Assembly (NCBI GenBank): GCA_951804945.1
Contig: OX638150.1
Location: 70,308,001-70,372,000 of the forward strand
Direction of reading: 5' to 3'
DNA: 64,000 nt
DNA from: Podarcis cretensis
Taxonomy: Eukaryota
Each line of letters opens with the position of its first letter. The stretch's first letter is position 1. The notes beneath the pieces were generated by a model. That model had not been told where the DNA came from. It did no database searches and saw only the letters and a list, made by a program, of their open reading frames with translations. A program made the position numbers and the translations under genes. This document shows positions 36,401 through 48,200 of the stretch, in pieces.

Positions 36401-36517
36401 AACCACCATATACATCGCATTGCTCTGGAGATGCAACGAGAAGTCCTGGAGCAGCTTCAGATGCTGGGCGAGGCACTCCTGTGCTCGGAGGAAATGCAAG
36501 GCTTTGTGAGAAGGTGA
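30482..36517 (+). CDS. BRD8: BRD8 long-isoform 3' extension encoding a second bromodomain (spliced from exon 25565-25609; full protein ~1358 aa)
   Basis: Exons 30482-30781, 31171-31644, 32003-32145, 33072-33161, 34743-34811, 36283-36517 in frame. MGHVWTWLES...LRFLSEVTHLMEPLCI...LSQDDPLQQHLLFKKTLLSIWKMVAGHRYSGPFLKPVSEKQAPGYKDVVKRPADLSSIKRSLSKGRI...FQRDLMLMFQNAIMYNN matches the human long-isoform C-terminus (MGHEWVWLDSE...) as remembered. Confidence 0.88.
32527..32976 (-). mobile_element. Possible solo LTR (Gypsy-like)
   Basis: 450 bp bounded by TGTTAG...CTAACA inverted termini, with minus-strand AGTAAA and a GTAAGT donor inside. TSD not matched. Confidence 0.4.
33963..34151 (-). mobile_element. 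tRNA-derived SINE (Squam3-like)
   Basis: Minus-strand head GGGGAAGGGCTGTAGCTCAGTGGAAGAGCATCTGCTTTG plus the family body. Confidence 0.7.
34155..34398. mobile_element. Tigger/pogo-like MITE
   Basis: TA-CAGTCGTACCTC ... GAGGTATGACT termini, resembling the copies at 50519 and 51097; CpG-rich interior. Confidence 0.7.
35100..35700 (+). mobile_element. Decayed L2/CR1-type LINE reverse transcriptase fragment
   Basis: LLKKLALGPLDWNNYHPV...VVERVVAGQLQALLDDTEHLNPFQSGFRLGYGTE; further on, TILSPMPLNTYMKLLG and HQYTYDTQLY (degenerate YADD); stops and frameshifts present. Confidence 0.8.
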
Positions 36518-36777
36518 GAGGATTGTGTTCAAAGGGGATCAACCACATCAGCCTCCCCTTTGCCATGTTCCCATACCTGTAGGGAACAAATGAGTGGAAA
36601 TCCAACTATTTATTCACAGGATGTTATTGGGTAATGCATCTCTGCTTGTGTCTCCCAAACATGAGTGCTATTCATCTCAAGGTGAAAGCCTCTTCCTTAG
36701 ATTTCCCAATAATGAGTAGAATTTTCTGCCAACCTGCAGGGCATATAGATGATTAAAAATTCACTCGGCTCCCTAAG

Positions 36778-36935
36778 CAGAAACATAGGAAACTGCCTTA
36801 TATCAAGTCAGGCCATTGGTCTGTCTAGCTTATTATTGTCTATGTTGACGGACAGTGGCCCTCCAAGATGTCAGACAGGGGTCTCTACCAGCCCTGCCTG
36901 GAGACAGATGCCAGGGATTGAACCTGGTACTTTCT
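36778..36935 (-). mobile_element. tRNA-derived SINE (Squam3-like), head-truncated
   Basis: aacataggaaactgccttatatcaagtcaggccattggtctgtctagct...gatgccagggattgaacctgg (antisense B box). Confidence 0.7.
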
Positions 36936-38238
36936 GTGGCCCTTCGTAATGAGGTTTATGTAGGCATAGATACAGGCTATTCTGGAACATGATAAATTCC
37001 TAGGGAACTGGGAGATTTACTGTCTTTCTTTCAATTTATAGATGTTGAGGAGCCAGAAGAATCCGGCTAGTCCAGAAGCCGGATTTCAACCTTGATACCT
37101 TCAGTCTGGCTCTACGGAAAAGTTGTTAAGATAACCACAGTTCAGCAGTCTGATGCCCCTCCACTTCCCTAAGAGCTTTTGTTATCTATTATACGTCTCA
37201 AAGTATTAGTCATAACAGGTTTATATGTATCAGAAAAGTCAGTTTTTAGACTACAGATACTATGTTTTTTCCTGTTGTTTATTCCTGGAACCGTGTTGTC
37301 TTGTCCTTACCCAGGAGTCTCAGTTGAAGTTTAATGGATGAAAAAGAAAGTTAAAGAACCAACAAGCCATAGCACAGGCAAGACTTCTTGTCCCACAAAG
37401 CTAAGCCCCGTTTTTGGTAGCAGGCACCAACAAGGGGCTGTAGAATGTACATTTCCAGAGAATAAATGTTATGTTGTGTATAACCATTCCAGAACAGTTC
37501 TGTTCTAGATTCTGAAAGATTTTTTAAAAATCTGTATTGGCTTCCTTTTTAGAAAATTCTAAAACTGAAAGAGCATGCAGTTATCTGCAAACATTATTTT
37601 GGAGGCAAAAAACCCCCAAAACCCTACATGATGCCACTGTTAGTACCCAAGCAAGGTAGCTTTGTTGGTTTCAACACTGGCACAAATTAACTCTATTCAT
37701 GCCTCCCTAGCAGAACACTACTCTCTGAAGTTGCATCCATTGTACTCACCTTTACCAGTTACCAAGTAGTTATCACTAGGCGTGGCCTAATTTGGGAAGG
37801 GCGTAAGAGATATTGGGAGGTCTCCACCAATAATGATAAATTATTTGTGAATGCCTGATATAAAAGGAGAGGAGCAGATAATGACCACGAGGAAAGAAAA
37901 GGGGAAAACAAATACCATAGCACGCTTCACTTCACTTATCCCTGTGAAAACAGGATCACCTTTATGACAAGACCAGATATAATGACAGCAGCTTTGCAAA
38001 GTGCCAGGAAACTGCTAGACTCTGCCTCTTCTCTGTCCCACAGAGTTTGAGCATAATGCAGCAGAAGCTAAAGTTGGACTGGGGAGAAACTGTGTGTGTG
38101 TGTGTGTGTGACTGACGGTGAATGTGGTTAAGAGGAAACATCCCTAGCAGCAGGTGGGGTGTGCAATGCTTGGTGTACACACTATTTTGCAGAGCCCCAT
38201 CACCTGGTGGGCTGCTACTAGGTAAAATCCATGTATGG

Positions 38239-38582
38239 CAGGGGTGGGAACCTGAGACCCAGGGCCAGATGTGGCCCTCCAAGCATATCTGTGGCCCTAA
38301 GGATACTTCCGATGCCACATCCCCTCCTAATCCACACTTCTCCATCCCTCCCCAAGTGCTTTGGTATGTCCTTAAGCTAGCTTGCCAGGATGGCATCGTA
38401 TGAGTGTAGAAATGTCTGTCTTTTGTGTGGCTGGAATGCGGCCTATCATATAAAGGTAAGAGTAGCACCTTTTGCCCACCGTCATCTCTAGCCCCATCCA
38501 CCACTGGCAAATGGCTCCTGGAAGTTTTCCCTTGATGTAATGTGGGGTTTTTTTTTAACTAAAAGAATGTTCCCCATTCCTG
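38239..38582. mobile_element. hAT-like non-autonomous DNA transposon
   Basis: CAGGGGTGGGAAC ... GTTCCCCATTCCTG termini; 8-bp flanks ATGTATGG / GTGTAAGG match 6/8, consistent with an aged hAT TSD. Confidence 0.6.
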
Positions 38583-39029
38583 GTGTAAGGGATCTGGGCA
38601 AGGCTATCCATGTTGCAGTTGGAGCAATTGCACCAGGGCCCATGTCTGCAGATTCTGAGCTTCCTTTCCCACCCCCACCCCCAAGAAAAAAGCAAGAGTC
38701 TTTTGGAAGCTGATTTAGGAATCAAAATGTGACTGGACAGGACCCTTTTTTTACTTGAAGTCAGGGATGCAGGTTTCACATAGCTCGCCCGAGCAATTCA
38801 CGATGTCTGAAGGGTTCCTTCACCTTCTACTGTGATTGGCTGTGAAGTAATCCTCTCCTTTTCCTTGGAGTTTGTGTTGTAAGGGGGGTTGCAGCCAAAG
38901 GTAGCCCCCCTCCCACTTTTTATGAGATATTTGGAGGTGGGTGGGGGCAAAAATTGGCACTGGAATGGTGGCAGGGGGCATATTTTGTGGCCCAGAGGGT
39001 TTTAATAGAGGGAGAAGAAGCAGACCGAA

Positions 39030-39470
39030 GTACACCGCCCGCTGCTTCTTCCATTCCTCTCAGACTGAGGCTGGACTACATGCGACAAGAGCCGGAATTA
39101 GAAACAGCCTCGCGTTAAGCTCCGCGCTGGCCACGCCCCGGATAGGTGATTAGCCGCTGAGTTTTGCGCGTCCTGATTGGCTGATCGGGCCGACCGCGAG
39201 GTTTGAAAGAGCAGGAGAAGCAGAAGAGGATTTCGAGGCTCGTACGGACACCGGCGATCGAGCGGACAAAGCTTGGCGGGCCGGGCAGAGGAGAGCACGG
39301 CGCGGGGGAAAGCCTGGTGAGAGGGGGGAGAATTGCTTTGGACTCAATCCTTGCTACTGGTGTCGGGGAGAAGAACGAGGCTCGGGCGTGAGTTGCTCCT
39401 TTACTTCTGCAACGGCCGCGGCGGGTGATTTAAGTCTCCCGCTGCCCCTCCTAATGTGAGCGCCGAGCGG
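39030..39470 (+). promoter_or_regulatory. KIF20A CpG-island promoter and probable non-coding exon 1
   Basis: CpG-rich. Inverted CCAAT (CTGATTGGCT 39173-39182), E2F-like TTTTGCGCG 39162-39170, CHR TTTGAA 39202-39207 preceded by CDE-like CGCGA. Donor GGC|GTGAGT at 39387 can join the acceptor at 42209/42210. Confidence 0.75.
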
Positions 39471-39927
39471 GTCTCATTTTGGCTACTCGTGAAAACCTCC
39501 CCCTTTCACTAGGTTGGCAGTCGCATTCGTAATTCTGGGCATTTATTTATTCCAATTCCTCTTTACCTTATGGGACCTGGAAGATACGTTACAGACGCTA
39601 GGCTTGAGGCGGGTCTCCTGAATTCTCCCTGAATTAGGAAAGGAAAGGAAGAGGAGGTGGATCCCAAAGGCAAATTAGGTAGAGTGGCATGTTCTTTTTA
39701 CATAATCCTTTGCAGAAGCTGGTTAAAGAAGCTACGCTTGCACGAGGGTCACATTCCTTGCTGCTATAATAGTGTCTGAGCCAAACAATGCACTTGCTAG
39801 CACTTCCATAATGAAACAACGTGCCCACATGATAGTGTTTTCGCTGCAGTCCTAACCCCACTTCCTTGGAACTAAGTCCCAGTGGATTTATTTCTGAGGA
39901 TACTGTATGTGGTTGGGAGTGTACTTA

Positions 39928-40091
39928 AGGGCTGTCCCTTGATTGGTAGAGACCACGTGTGTTGAATACAGAAGGTTCAGTCCCTGACATCCTCAGGTAG
40001 TGCGCAGACTGGGAAAGTTGCTCTCTGAAACCTCGAGAGCTGCTCTCAGCAGGTAGAACAGACAATACTGGGCCCAGATGGAGCAGTGGTC
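39928..40091 (+). mobile_element. Degenerate tRNA-derived SINE (Squam3-like)
   Basis: ttggtagagaccac...cagaaggttcagtccctgacatcctcaggtag...ctgaaacctcgagagctgct...gacaatactgggcccagatgga is the sense-orientation version of the family. Confidence 0.55.
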
Positions 40092-41133
40092 AGGTAAGGT
40101 ACCTCCAGATTTTTATCTAGTTAGTTTTTCCTAGAATGCAATGCATCTCTAGCCGAGGTATGTTGCTGGTATCCTATCTACTGTTTGGCTAGTGGAGGTT
40201 GTGAGGGTTGTTTGTGCTAATGGTAATTATCCTCTAATTTAATTCGCTTCTGTTGAGGTTTAATTGGCAGAAGCCCATAAGCCAAAACAAAAGTCAACAT
40301 GAAACAAAAAATTGTTGAGTGTTGACTTGCAGATGGTGATCTAATGCTGGGCTGTGCAGAAGGTAGTGTTGTGTGCCATCCCAATCTCCAAGAGGTGTGA
40401 GATTCCAGGGGTCCATATTTCCTTAAAAGACTTAGAAGGGGGACCAGGCATTCATCCAACTCCCTCCCCGCCCCTGGAAAAAACCACACCATCATAATAG
40501 TAGATTGGCATTTGCTGCTAGGCCTTTGGATGAGCTACTGTAGATTTCTGACCACCCCACCCCTCAGTTGTTTAACAATGGCAATAACAAAATGTTTCTC
40601 TTCCCTGCCCTGCCCCCCACACCTCCACAAAATTAAAAATACTGTACAGTACTGTTGAAATGAGAAGTAAACTGGAGTCGGTTTTTGTGTATGGAAGGAT
40701 TGGGAGCTCAGATCAGAACTCGTACTAATCCTTGGCTCTGAATTATTTTATTCTAATGGTATGCCCTTTGCACCTGGCTTCAGTTGTTAGATTTCAGGGC
40801 TCTGGTAAGAACAGGAAAAAACAACAGCTGCTCAAAACTGTCCACTCCTGATCTAAAGTACCTTTTTGCTAGTCCTCCCCTTTGATTGGTTAGGTCAGTA
40901 GTTAATCTGTATAGCTGACATGGATAATCTTGCTTTTATTTTTAAAAAAATCAAAGTGATCCATCAGAGAACGTTGCAAAAGTTATTTCAGATTACTTTT
41001 ATTGCATCAGCTATTTCAGATCGTTTTTTATTATAGCTTTGAAAAATGACTGAAACTTAGTTATGTGGCAGTTTAACAATCTTCTGACTGCAACCTTTTT
41101 ATTTTCCTTATCCCACAAAGTCATTTTCCCCCC

Positions 41134-42033
41134 TGAAACCAATAAGGGGGGGGATTAACTTTTCTACAAAAAGGTGAATACTTTCCTTCATACTTCATAC
41201 AAGTTGCATGCTACCCTCTGGTAGTATGCAGGTGTTACAGGTGTTACAGACAAAGGGGGGGATACCCAACTAACTCATCAGGAGCATTGGCCTCCTGAGC
41301 TTGCATGCTAGACTGTAAGGACTTGGCAACAGCACACACCACCACTGATTTCTATACACTTTGCTCTGTTATACTGGGCTCCTAGCACCACAATAAGGCA
41401 AGGAAACCCCAATTTCTGAAACATAGAAATTCACCAGAAATAGTCAAGTAGATGGTTTTATTCAGTTCCAAAAGGTAATAAAATTGTGTTCCAAGGATGG
41501 AGGGGAAGGGACCTGACTCATGGCATGAATGGGATAGGGACTCCATAATTCTCAAGATGTATCATCATGTATCATCACACAGTTAACAGCCCTGACAAAG
41601 GGGCCAGACTAGGTGTTATCAGAGGGAAATGAGACCCAGGAAGAACAAATAAAGGTGCAGAGGGATGTTTTCCTGACAAGGGGATACGTATGGGTAAATA
41701 CTCTCGTTGTGTGAAGTGGGTACTTGAACCATGTGTAATTGACAGGGGCATGTCTGGATCTCAGGTTTCTGTCTGGGACATACCTATGTTTTGATGCTGC
41801 TTTGTGAAATGTATTATGGGAAATTTTGGGAACTCTTAAGAAGCCATGTACCCTTTGTTCTGGGCTTCTTCCTTGTTTCAGTTTGGGAACTGAAACCTTA
41901 CTGCAACAATAAAGTGATCAAGGCTTCCTAGCCGCTGTTTTGCTTCAGTTTGCCTGGCTGTGGTTTCTTGCTTGAACCTGACCGATTCAGAACCTGCAGG
42001 GCTAGGCCCTAGCAAAGCTAGGAAACGGTTTCA
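41134..42033 (+). mobile_element. Possible ERV-like solo LTR in KIF20A intron 1 (left boundary uncertain)
   Basis: Ends ...GGTTTCA (42027-42033), with matching TGAAACC at 41134. AATAAA at 41908-41913 is followed by a U5-like tract. No TSD found. Confidence 0.35.
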
Positions 42034-42227
42034 GTATTGTACCCCAAGATTTTATCCTTATCATAGGCATCACACATTTTGCAGTTATAGGAAGTGTTGT
42101 TATAATTTATTTAGAAGTGGCAAGGAACCTGGAAACCAGTGGCAAAGTCTGGCAGTGGAACTTATGCTTCTTTTTCTATTCCTCATCCTATGATGGGCTT
42201 CTCTTGCAGCATCAGTGTGTAGCCGCT

Positions 42228-45200
42228 ATGGCCTCCCCAGTAGGGCTGTTATCTGATGAAGAAGCCGTCACTTCTCCTGTGCTGGAGTCCACTGTGGCAG
42301 AATGTGGGGCTGGCTTGTGCCGAGACCTCTTGCCAGAGTTCTCTGCCATCTCTTCAAGCAGTGAGCAGGTAAGAGCGGTGAGGTGAAGAACTAAAACCCT
42401 TGTTTGTGCTCCCTGGGGGGGTAGCCAATGTGATGCTCTTTAATATGGTTGGACTGCAGCTGCCCATCAGCCCTGTCCAGCAGGACCCATGGTTGGGAAA
42501 GATGGAGCTGTAGACCAACAGCGTCTGAAAAGCACCTGATTGGCTACCTCTGGTCTGGTTTCAAAACAAGTAAAAAACAGCAAAATGAATGGGCTAGTAT
42601 TGCCTACCTCTCCTAGGTATGAACCTAAAAGTCACATGTGACTTCTCCACAGGCCGCTTCTGATGACAATGGAAAAGTGAAGGTATATGCAAGAGTGCGA
42701 CCCCTGACACCAGCCGAGATGGAGAAACAGGAAGATAAAGTGAGTTTATAGGCAATGCATGGGCCAGCATCTACGGTGTGTGTGTGTGGGGGTGCTTTTG
42801 CCAATCTCCTGGGAGGGAATAGACACTGGTCTCTGCCCTTATCCAGAGGTATAATCACACTAGGAGGTTGCCCCCTTTCCCTGTCTGGCAAGGGGAAGAG
42901 CAGCCTGGCCCCAGCCTATCCCCCTCACCAAGCTACAATTCCCCGAGTTCCTTATAAAGAAGGATCGATTGTTAAGCCATCCTGGTAATTGTAGCTCTGT
43001 GAAGGGAATAGGGGCTCTTAACGACTCTCAGCACCTTTTAAAAAACAACAACACAGCTCCCATAATTCTTTGGGGGAAGCCACAAATGTTTAAACTAGTA
43101 TCAGGGGGTGCTCCTGCTGTGGCAAATAATGTTGAAGGCAGAATGTTAACTGTCCTCTCTAGGGCTGCGCCTGTATTGACGATTCCGACACCCTTCTTCT
43201 CAAAGCACCAAAGGATTCCTTCACCATGAGAAACACTGAACGGGGGCTTGGTCCGGCAGTGCACAAATTCACCTTCACTCAGGTATGTACTTGGATCTTG
43301 GGTTTATGTAGGATTCAACATGGACACCAGTTTTTTTTTTAAGGATTTTGCAGGGCTCCACTGAGGAAAAAGTGGAGAAGCAGGGGCAACCCTTCCCCTC
43401 TTCGTTTTACTGCCTAACTCTAACCCTCTGAGGGGGAATGTGTGGCCTGCCTCCTATTCTGACCTGCAACTCCCATCAGCCCTAGCCAGCACTGCCAATG
43501 GTCAGGGTTAATGGAAGTTGTAGTTCCACAATGTCTGGAAGGCCCCAGGTTCCCTTTCTCTGCTCTCTAAAGGAACTAACCTGTAACATTTGGGGTTGCA
43601 GATCTTTGGGCCAGAGGTGGGTCAGGCGGCTTTCTTTGATGCAACGATGAAGGATGTGGTGAAGGGTGTGCTCCATGGGCAGAACTGGCTTGTTTACACT
43701 TATGGCGTCACTAATTCAGGGAAGACTTACACCATCCAGGGTAAGAAGCACTCAGTCTGTGCTGGCTCAGGCAAACACCTTTGCCTAGTGGCGGGGGGCA
43801 CTTGTCTGCTCACTTCTTCTTTGACTTGCAGGTAGTGGTGCTGATGTGGGGATCCTGCCCCGCTCCCTGGCCATCATTTTCAATAGTATTGGGACGCGGT
43901 TGTACCGGGCCATGGATCTGAAGCCCTTCCTCTCAAGTGAGGTGACCTGGCTGGACAGCAAGCAGGTTCGACAGGAGGAAATGAAAAAGCAGGCCCTGCT
44001 TTGCAGCAAGATGAAGGAGGTGAGTGTTCTTCCTGCTCGTCGAGTCTCTTGTTATAAGAAGAAAAATGCCCTGATCAGCAACTCAGTGGTCTTCCTTCCT
44101 TCCTTTGGAATTACAGGAGGAGCTGTATACTTCTCTGAATAAAAGTCACAGCACAGCATCCCAGCTGCAAGCAGGCACAAGTGGAAGCACTGACAGTGGC
44201 TTAGGTGGCCTCTCTTATAGCTGCCAGTCTGCCCACCTGACAAGCACCAGCCAGCTAGAAGGTACCTACTGCCCTGAGCCACCTGTTTGGGGACAGGAGG
44301 TTTCCTAATTGTCATGATCAAAGCTGAGAAGTACCTCAAGAGGTGTGGAATCTCAAAATAGATAGGCCCACCCAACCCACAAGAGAGAAAAGGGGGGGGG
44401 GTATCTAGTGACAGCATCCACACATCAATTTTATAACAATGTTGAGGTGGTTTATGGGGACTCATTGATGGGCTTTACAGGTGTGGGCCTTTGGGCTTCC
44501 TCTGGAGGGGCTTGTAAAATACTCCCCCAAATCGCTTTTGGCTTGGCTATTGCTTGATGGCCAAAGCCAGTCTTCTGTCACTAACTACAAAGCAGAAACC
44601 ATACTTATCACTCAGTAGAAGCTTTGTATTTTACCTCTCTCTGAATTTCACACCAGTGAGGGCATGGAAAGGCCTCCAGAAGAGTGAGTGGGCTAGCAAT
44701 GAAGGGACTTACAGGAGACTTAAAATCAAGGCAGATTCAGAGGCATGTGAGAAATTTTGCAAGGGCAGATGCCTATGGCCTTCTTTAGCAGGGCAACTGC
44801 TGTCTGTTAAAACGGGAAGAAAAAATTAAAGTTAATGGGGAGCCAGGCGAGGGCATTGGGAAGGGACACCGTGTCTTTTGGATTTCAGCTGAGGCAAGCT
44901 GTGGGCTGTGGCAGTCACTGGCAAAATGCATGTTTGGCTTTCATTGACAGAAACGGGGCCTCGCTGGGCTGACCCAGATAATGTCTCAGTGCTGGCACAA
45001 GACGATGTGCAGTTTTCCATCTGGGTCTCCTTCTTTGAGATCTACAATGAACAGATTTATGACTTGCTGGAGACGACCACACTTGGCCCAAACTGCAAGA
45101 GGCCCACCTTGCGGCTGTGCGAAGATCAGACCGGCAACCCCTACGTCAAAGGTAGCCGTGGGTCAGCCAGCTGTTTTCCCTGGAGTCTGTGGGTGGCAGC

Positions 45201-48200
45201 ATTGGTAACGTGGGCTGTGTAACGGAATAGGGTCTTGTCTGCTTGCTGAGGGTGATCCCTCGTACAGATGTGAAGCCTGAAGCCACATATTCCTGTTCCC
45301 AGATCTGAACTGGATCAATGTTCAAGATGCTACTGAGGCCTGGAAACTGCTGAAACTGGGCAGGAGAAATCAGAGCGTTGCCAGCACCCACATGAACCAG
45401 CATTCTAGCCGCAGGTCTGTAACAGCGCCATAATTTTATTTATTAGCGGGTGGGGTGAAAGTGCATGTCTCAAAAATGGCAAAACATGTCTTTCGCACAA
45501 GAAAACAAAACCCATGGAGGCAGGAGGGCAAGTGTGTGTCTATGAGATAGGGAATGGGGGCGACAATCTGAGCCCAAGCTACTGGTTTTCATTACTTTTT
45601 GCTCTTTGCAGTCACAGCATTTTCTCCATTCGCATTCTGCACCTCCAGGAAAGCAGCAGTGGAATGGAGCCAAAAATCAGCGAGTAAGTCAAAGTTTTTG
45701 CATGCAGTGAAGGGCAGAATTATGAGTTTCCCTGTCAGTTGGCTGAAGGGCAATCTCATTTAAGGGTAGGGGAGTTCAGAAGGGCTAATGGGGTGTGTGG
45801 GAGAGAGTCCTCACCCCCCAGTCACAATGGGCACTTCTCAGACAGACGCCCACTGTATGTGTCAGTGTAAAGCTTTCAGGGGCTTTTCCAGTATCCCTGC
45901 AATGTGCCAGACCTGGAATGAAAATCTCCTATAATTAGTCCCCCGTTTTGCTTACCTGAAGCAGAGCAACCTAAATCTTCCATAGCACGGAATTAACAGG
46001 TTTTAGTTGGGTGTATTTGGCAGTGGTTGAAATATCTGGTGTGCAGGATTTCTAACCTGAAGAATGCAACACTTGGGTCTAGTAGGATTAGACTTCCTGT
46101 ATCCCGATACTGACACCACCCTCCCTCCTCCCCAGGATGTCCCTCTGTGACCTGGCCGGCTCAGAGCGCTGCAAAGAACAGAGAGTTGGGGACCGCCTGA
46201 AAGAGGCAAATAACATCAACACCTCCTTGCACACGCTGGGGCGTTGCCTCACTTTGCTGCGCCAGAACCAGCAGACCAGGTAAAGCTCTTCCTAGCTCTC
46301 AGTCCGACGGCTCCTCATAGCTCTGACTTGAACCCAGCAAGGAGCGCTTCCTGTAGGATGTCCGCTCCAACTTGAGATGTTGCTGGTTGTGTGTAGGGTT
46401 TGTCGAATTTGATTCCCAGCAGGTGGGGTGCCGGCTATGGTTGCTGCTTTGCTGCTCCATTTCTGGAGCTTAAATCCTCTTCCTGTATCCTTAACAGGCT
46501 GAAGCAGAGTGTGGTTCCCTTCCGGGACAGCAAGCTCACCCGTGTGTTCCAAGGCTTCTTCACAGGACGTGGGCAGTCCTGTATGATTGTTAATATCAAC
46601 CCGTGTGCTTCATCGTACTACGAGACTCTTCACGTGGCTAAGTTTTCAGCTATTGCTAGTCAGGTGAGACACAAAGTTGTTGAAAGTGAAACTAGGTGCC
46701 TGCAAGGTTCCATAAATGTTGGCTGAACTGTCTCTCTTCTCCCCTCCCCATGGTGCACCCCAAAGTGTGCTTGTTACACTTGTACTCTCTCTCCTACACC
46801 TCTTACGTATTTCCCCATTTTCTTTCCTTTAATGATGATGATAATAATTTATTATTTATACCCCACCCATCTGGCTGGGTTTTCCCCAACTCCCAACAGA
46901 ATATTAAAAACATGATAAAACTTCAAACATTAAAAGCTTCCCTAAAACAGAGCTGCCTTCAGATGTCTTCTAAAAGTTGTTGTTTATTTTCTTGACATCT
47001 GAAGGGAGGGCATTCCACAGGCGGGCACCACTACCAAGAAGGCCCTCTGCCTGGTTCCCTGTAACCTCACTTCTCGCAGGGAGGGAACTGCTAGAAGGCC
47101 CTCAGTGCTAGACGTCAGTATCCAGGCTGAACGATGGGGGTGGAGATGCTCCTTCAGGTATACTGAGCCGAGGCCGTTCAGGGCTTTAAAGGTCAATACC
47201 AGCACTCAGAATTGTGCTCAGAAATGTACCTATTTATTTGTATTTATTGCATTTGTTTACTGCCCTTCGCCTGTAGATCTCAAGGCTGTCCACAACATAA
47301 AAACGCAAAACACATAATAAAAACAAGAATGGAAACAAACTAATAAGCCCCCAGACCCCAGCCTCTCTTCTCCAGTATCCTCTCCACACCTTATCTTGGC
47401 AACTTTTGGCTAAGTTCAGCAGCACCTGCAATCCCCTCTCTGAAGGACCCTTGGGTGCTGGTGTGCTATGTAGCACAGCTGGTTGGCTGCAAGAGAGCGG
47501 AGAAACGGGCAAGATTGGGGAATATGGTGTATCTCAATCCTTGCCAGGGGAGAAACAGACTTTCTACAGTATGAGGAAGGACAGATAGCTGGTTGTCCTT
47601 TTAGGGAGGGCTAGATGTGGCTTATTAACCTCCAGGCATGGACGTCAACTGGGGCAGGAGAATTTCCAACAATGTGTTAAACTGCCTAGGTTAAACATAG
47701 GGCTGTGGGGCATAGGTGGGAAAGCAAGGCCTTAGCCTTGGCCCTGGGATTCTCCCTAGGCCACACACCCCTGTGCTATCCTCAGGTGCATTTGCCTGGC
47801 TGGGATGTGCCCATTGCTCTTTGGAATATGTCAACAGCAACACTTTGTATGCCTTCCAGATCCTACAAGCTCCTACAAAGCTCCTGTCGATTCAGTCTCT
47901 CATCAAGGAGCACAGCCTCCGGGGGAAGAAGATCCCTGCAGAAGTACTGTATCAAGAAGCTGAATCGGACGAAGAGAGCGAGGATGAAATGGATGTGACC
48001 ACATATGACAAAGAGGCAAGTGCTCGTTTGTCTGTCGCTCACTGAGAAAGTCTCCCATTGGCAGAGTCCCTTGGTAGACTGGAGCAGTCAGAAAACCTCT
48101 TATGGACCCAGCCAAGAATAAACCGTGAAGTGTCAACTGAGGTTCAAGAATTCTGTGTCCTCACGCAGGAAAGAATGAAAAGCTGTCTGATTCAATGATA

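Noticed and set aside
37962-38510. 182-aa minus-strand ORF, the longest unassigned ORF
   Set aside because: It spans a hAT-like element and a (GT)n microsatellite, with no homology or splice structure.
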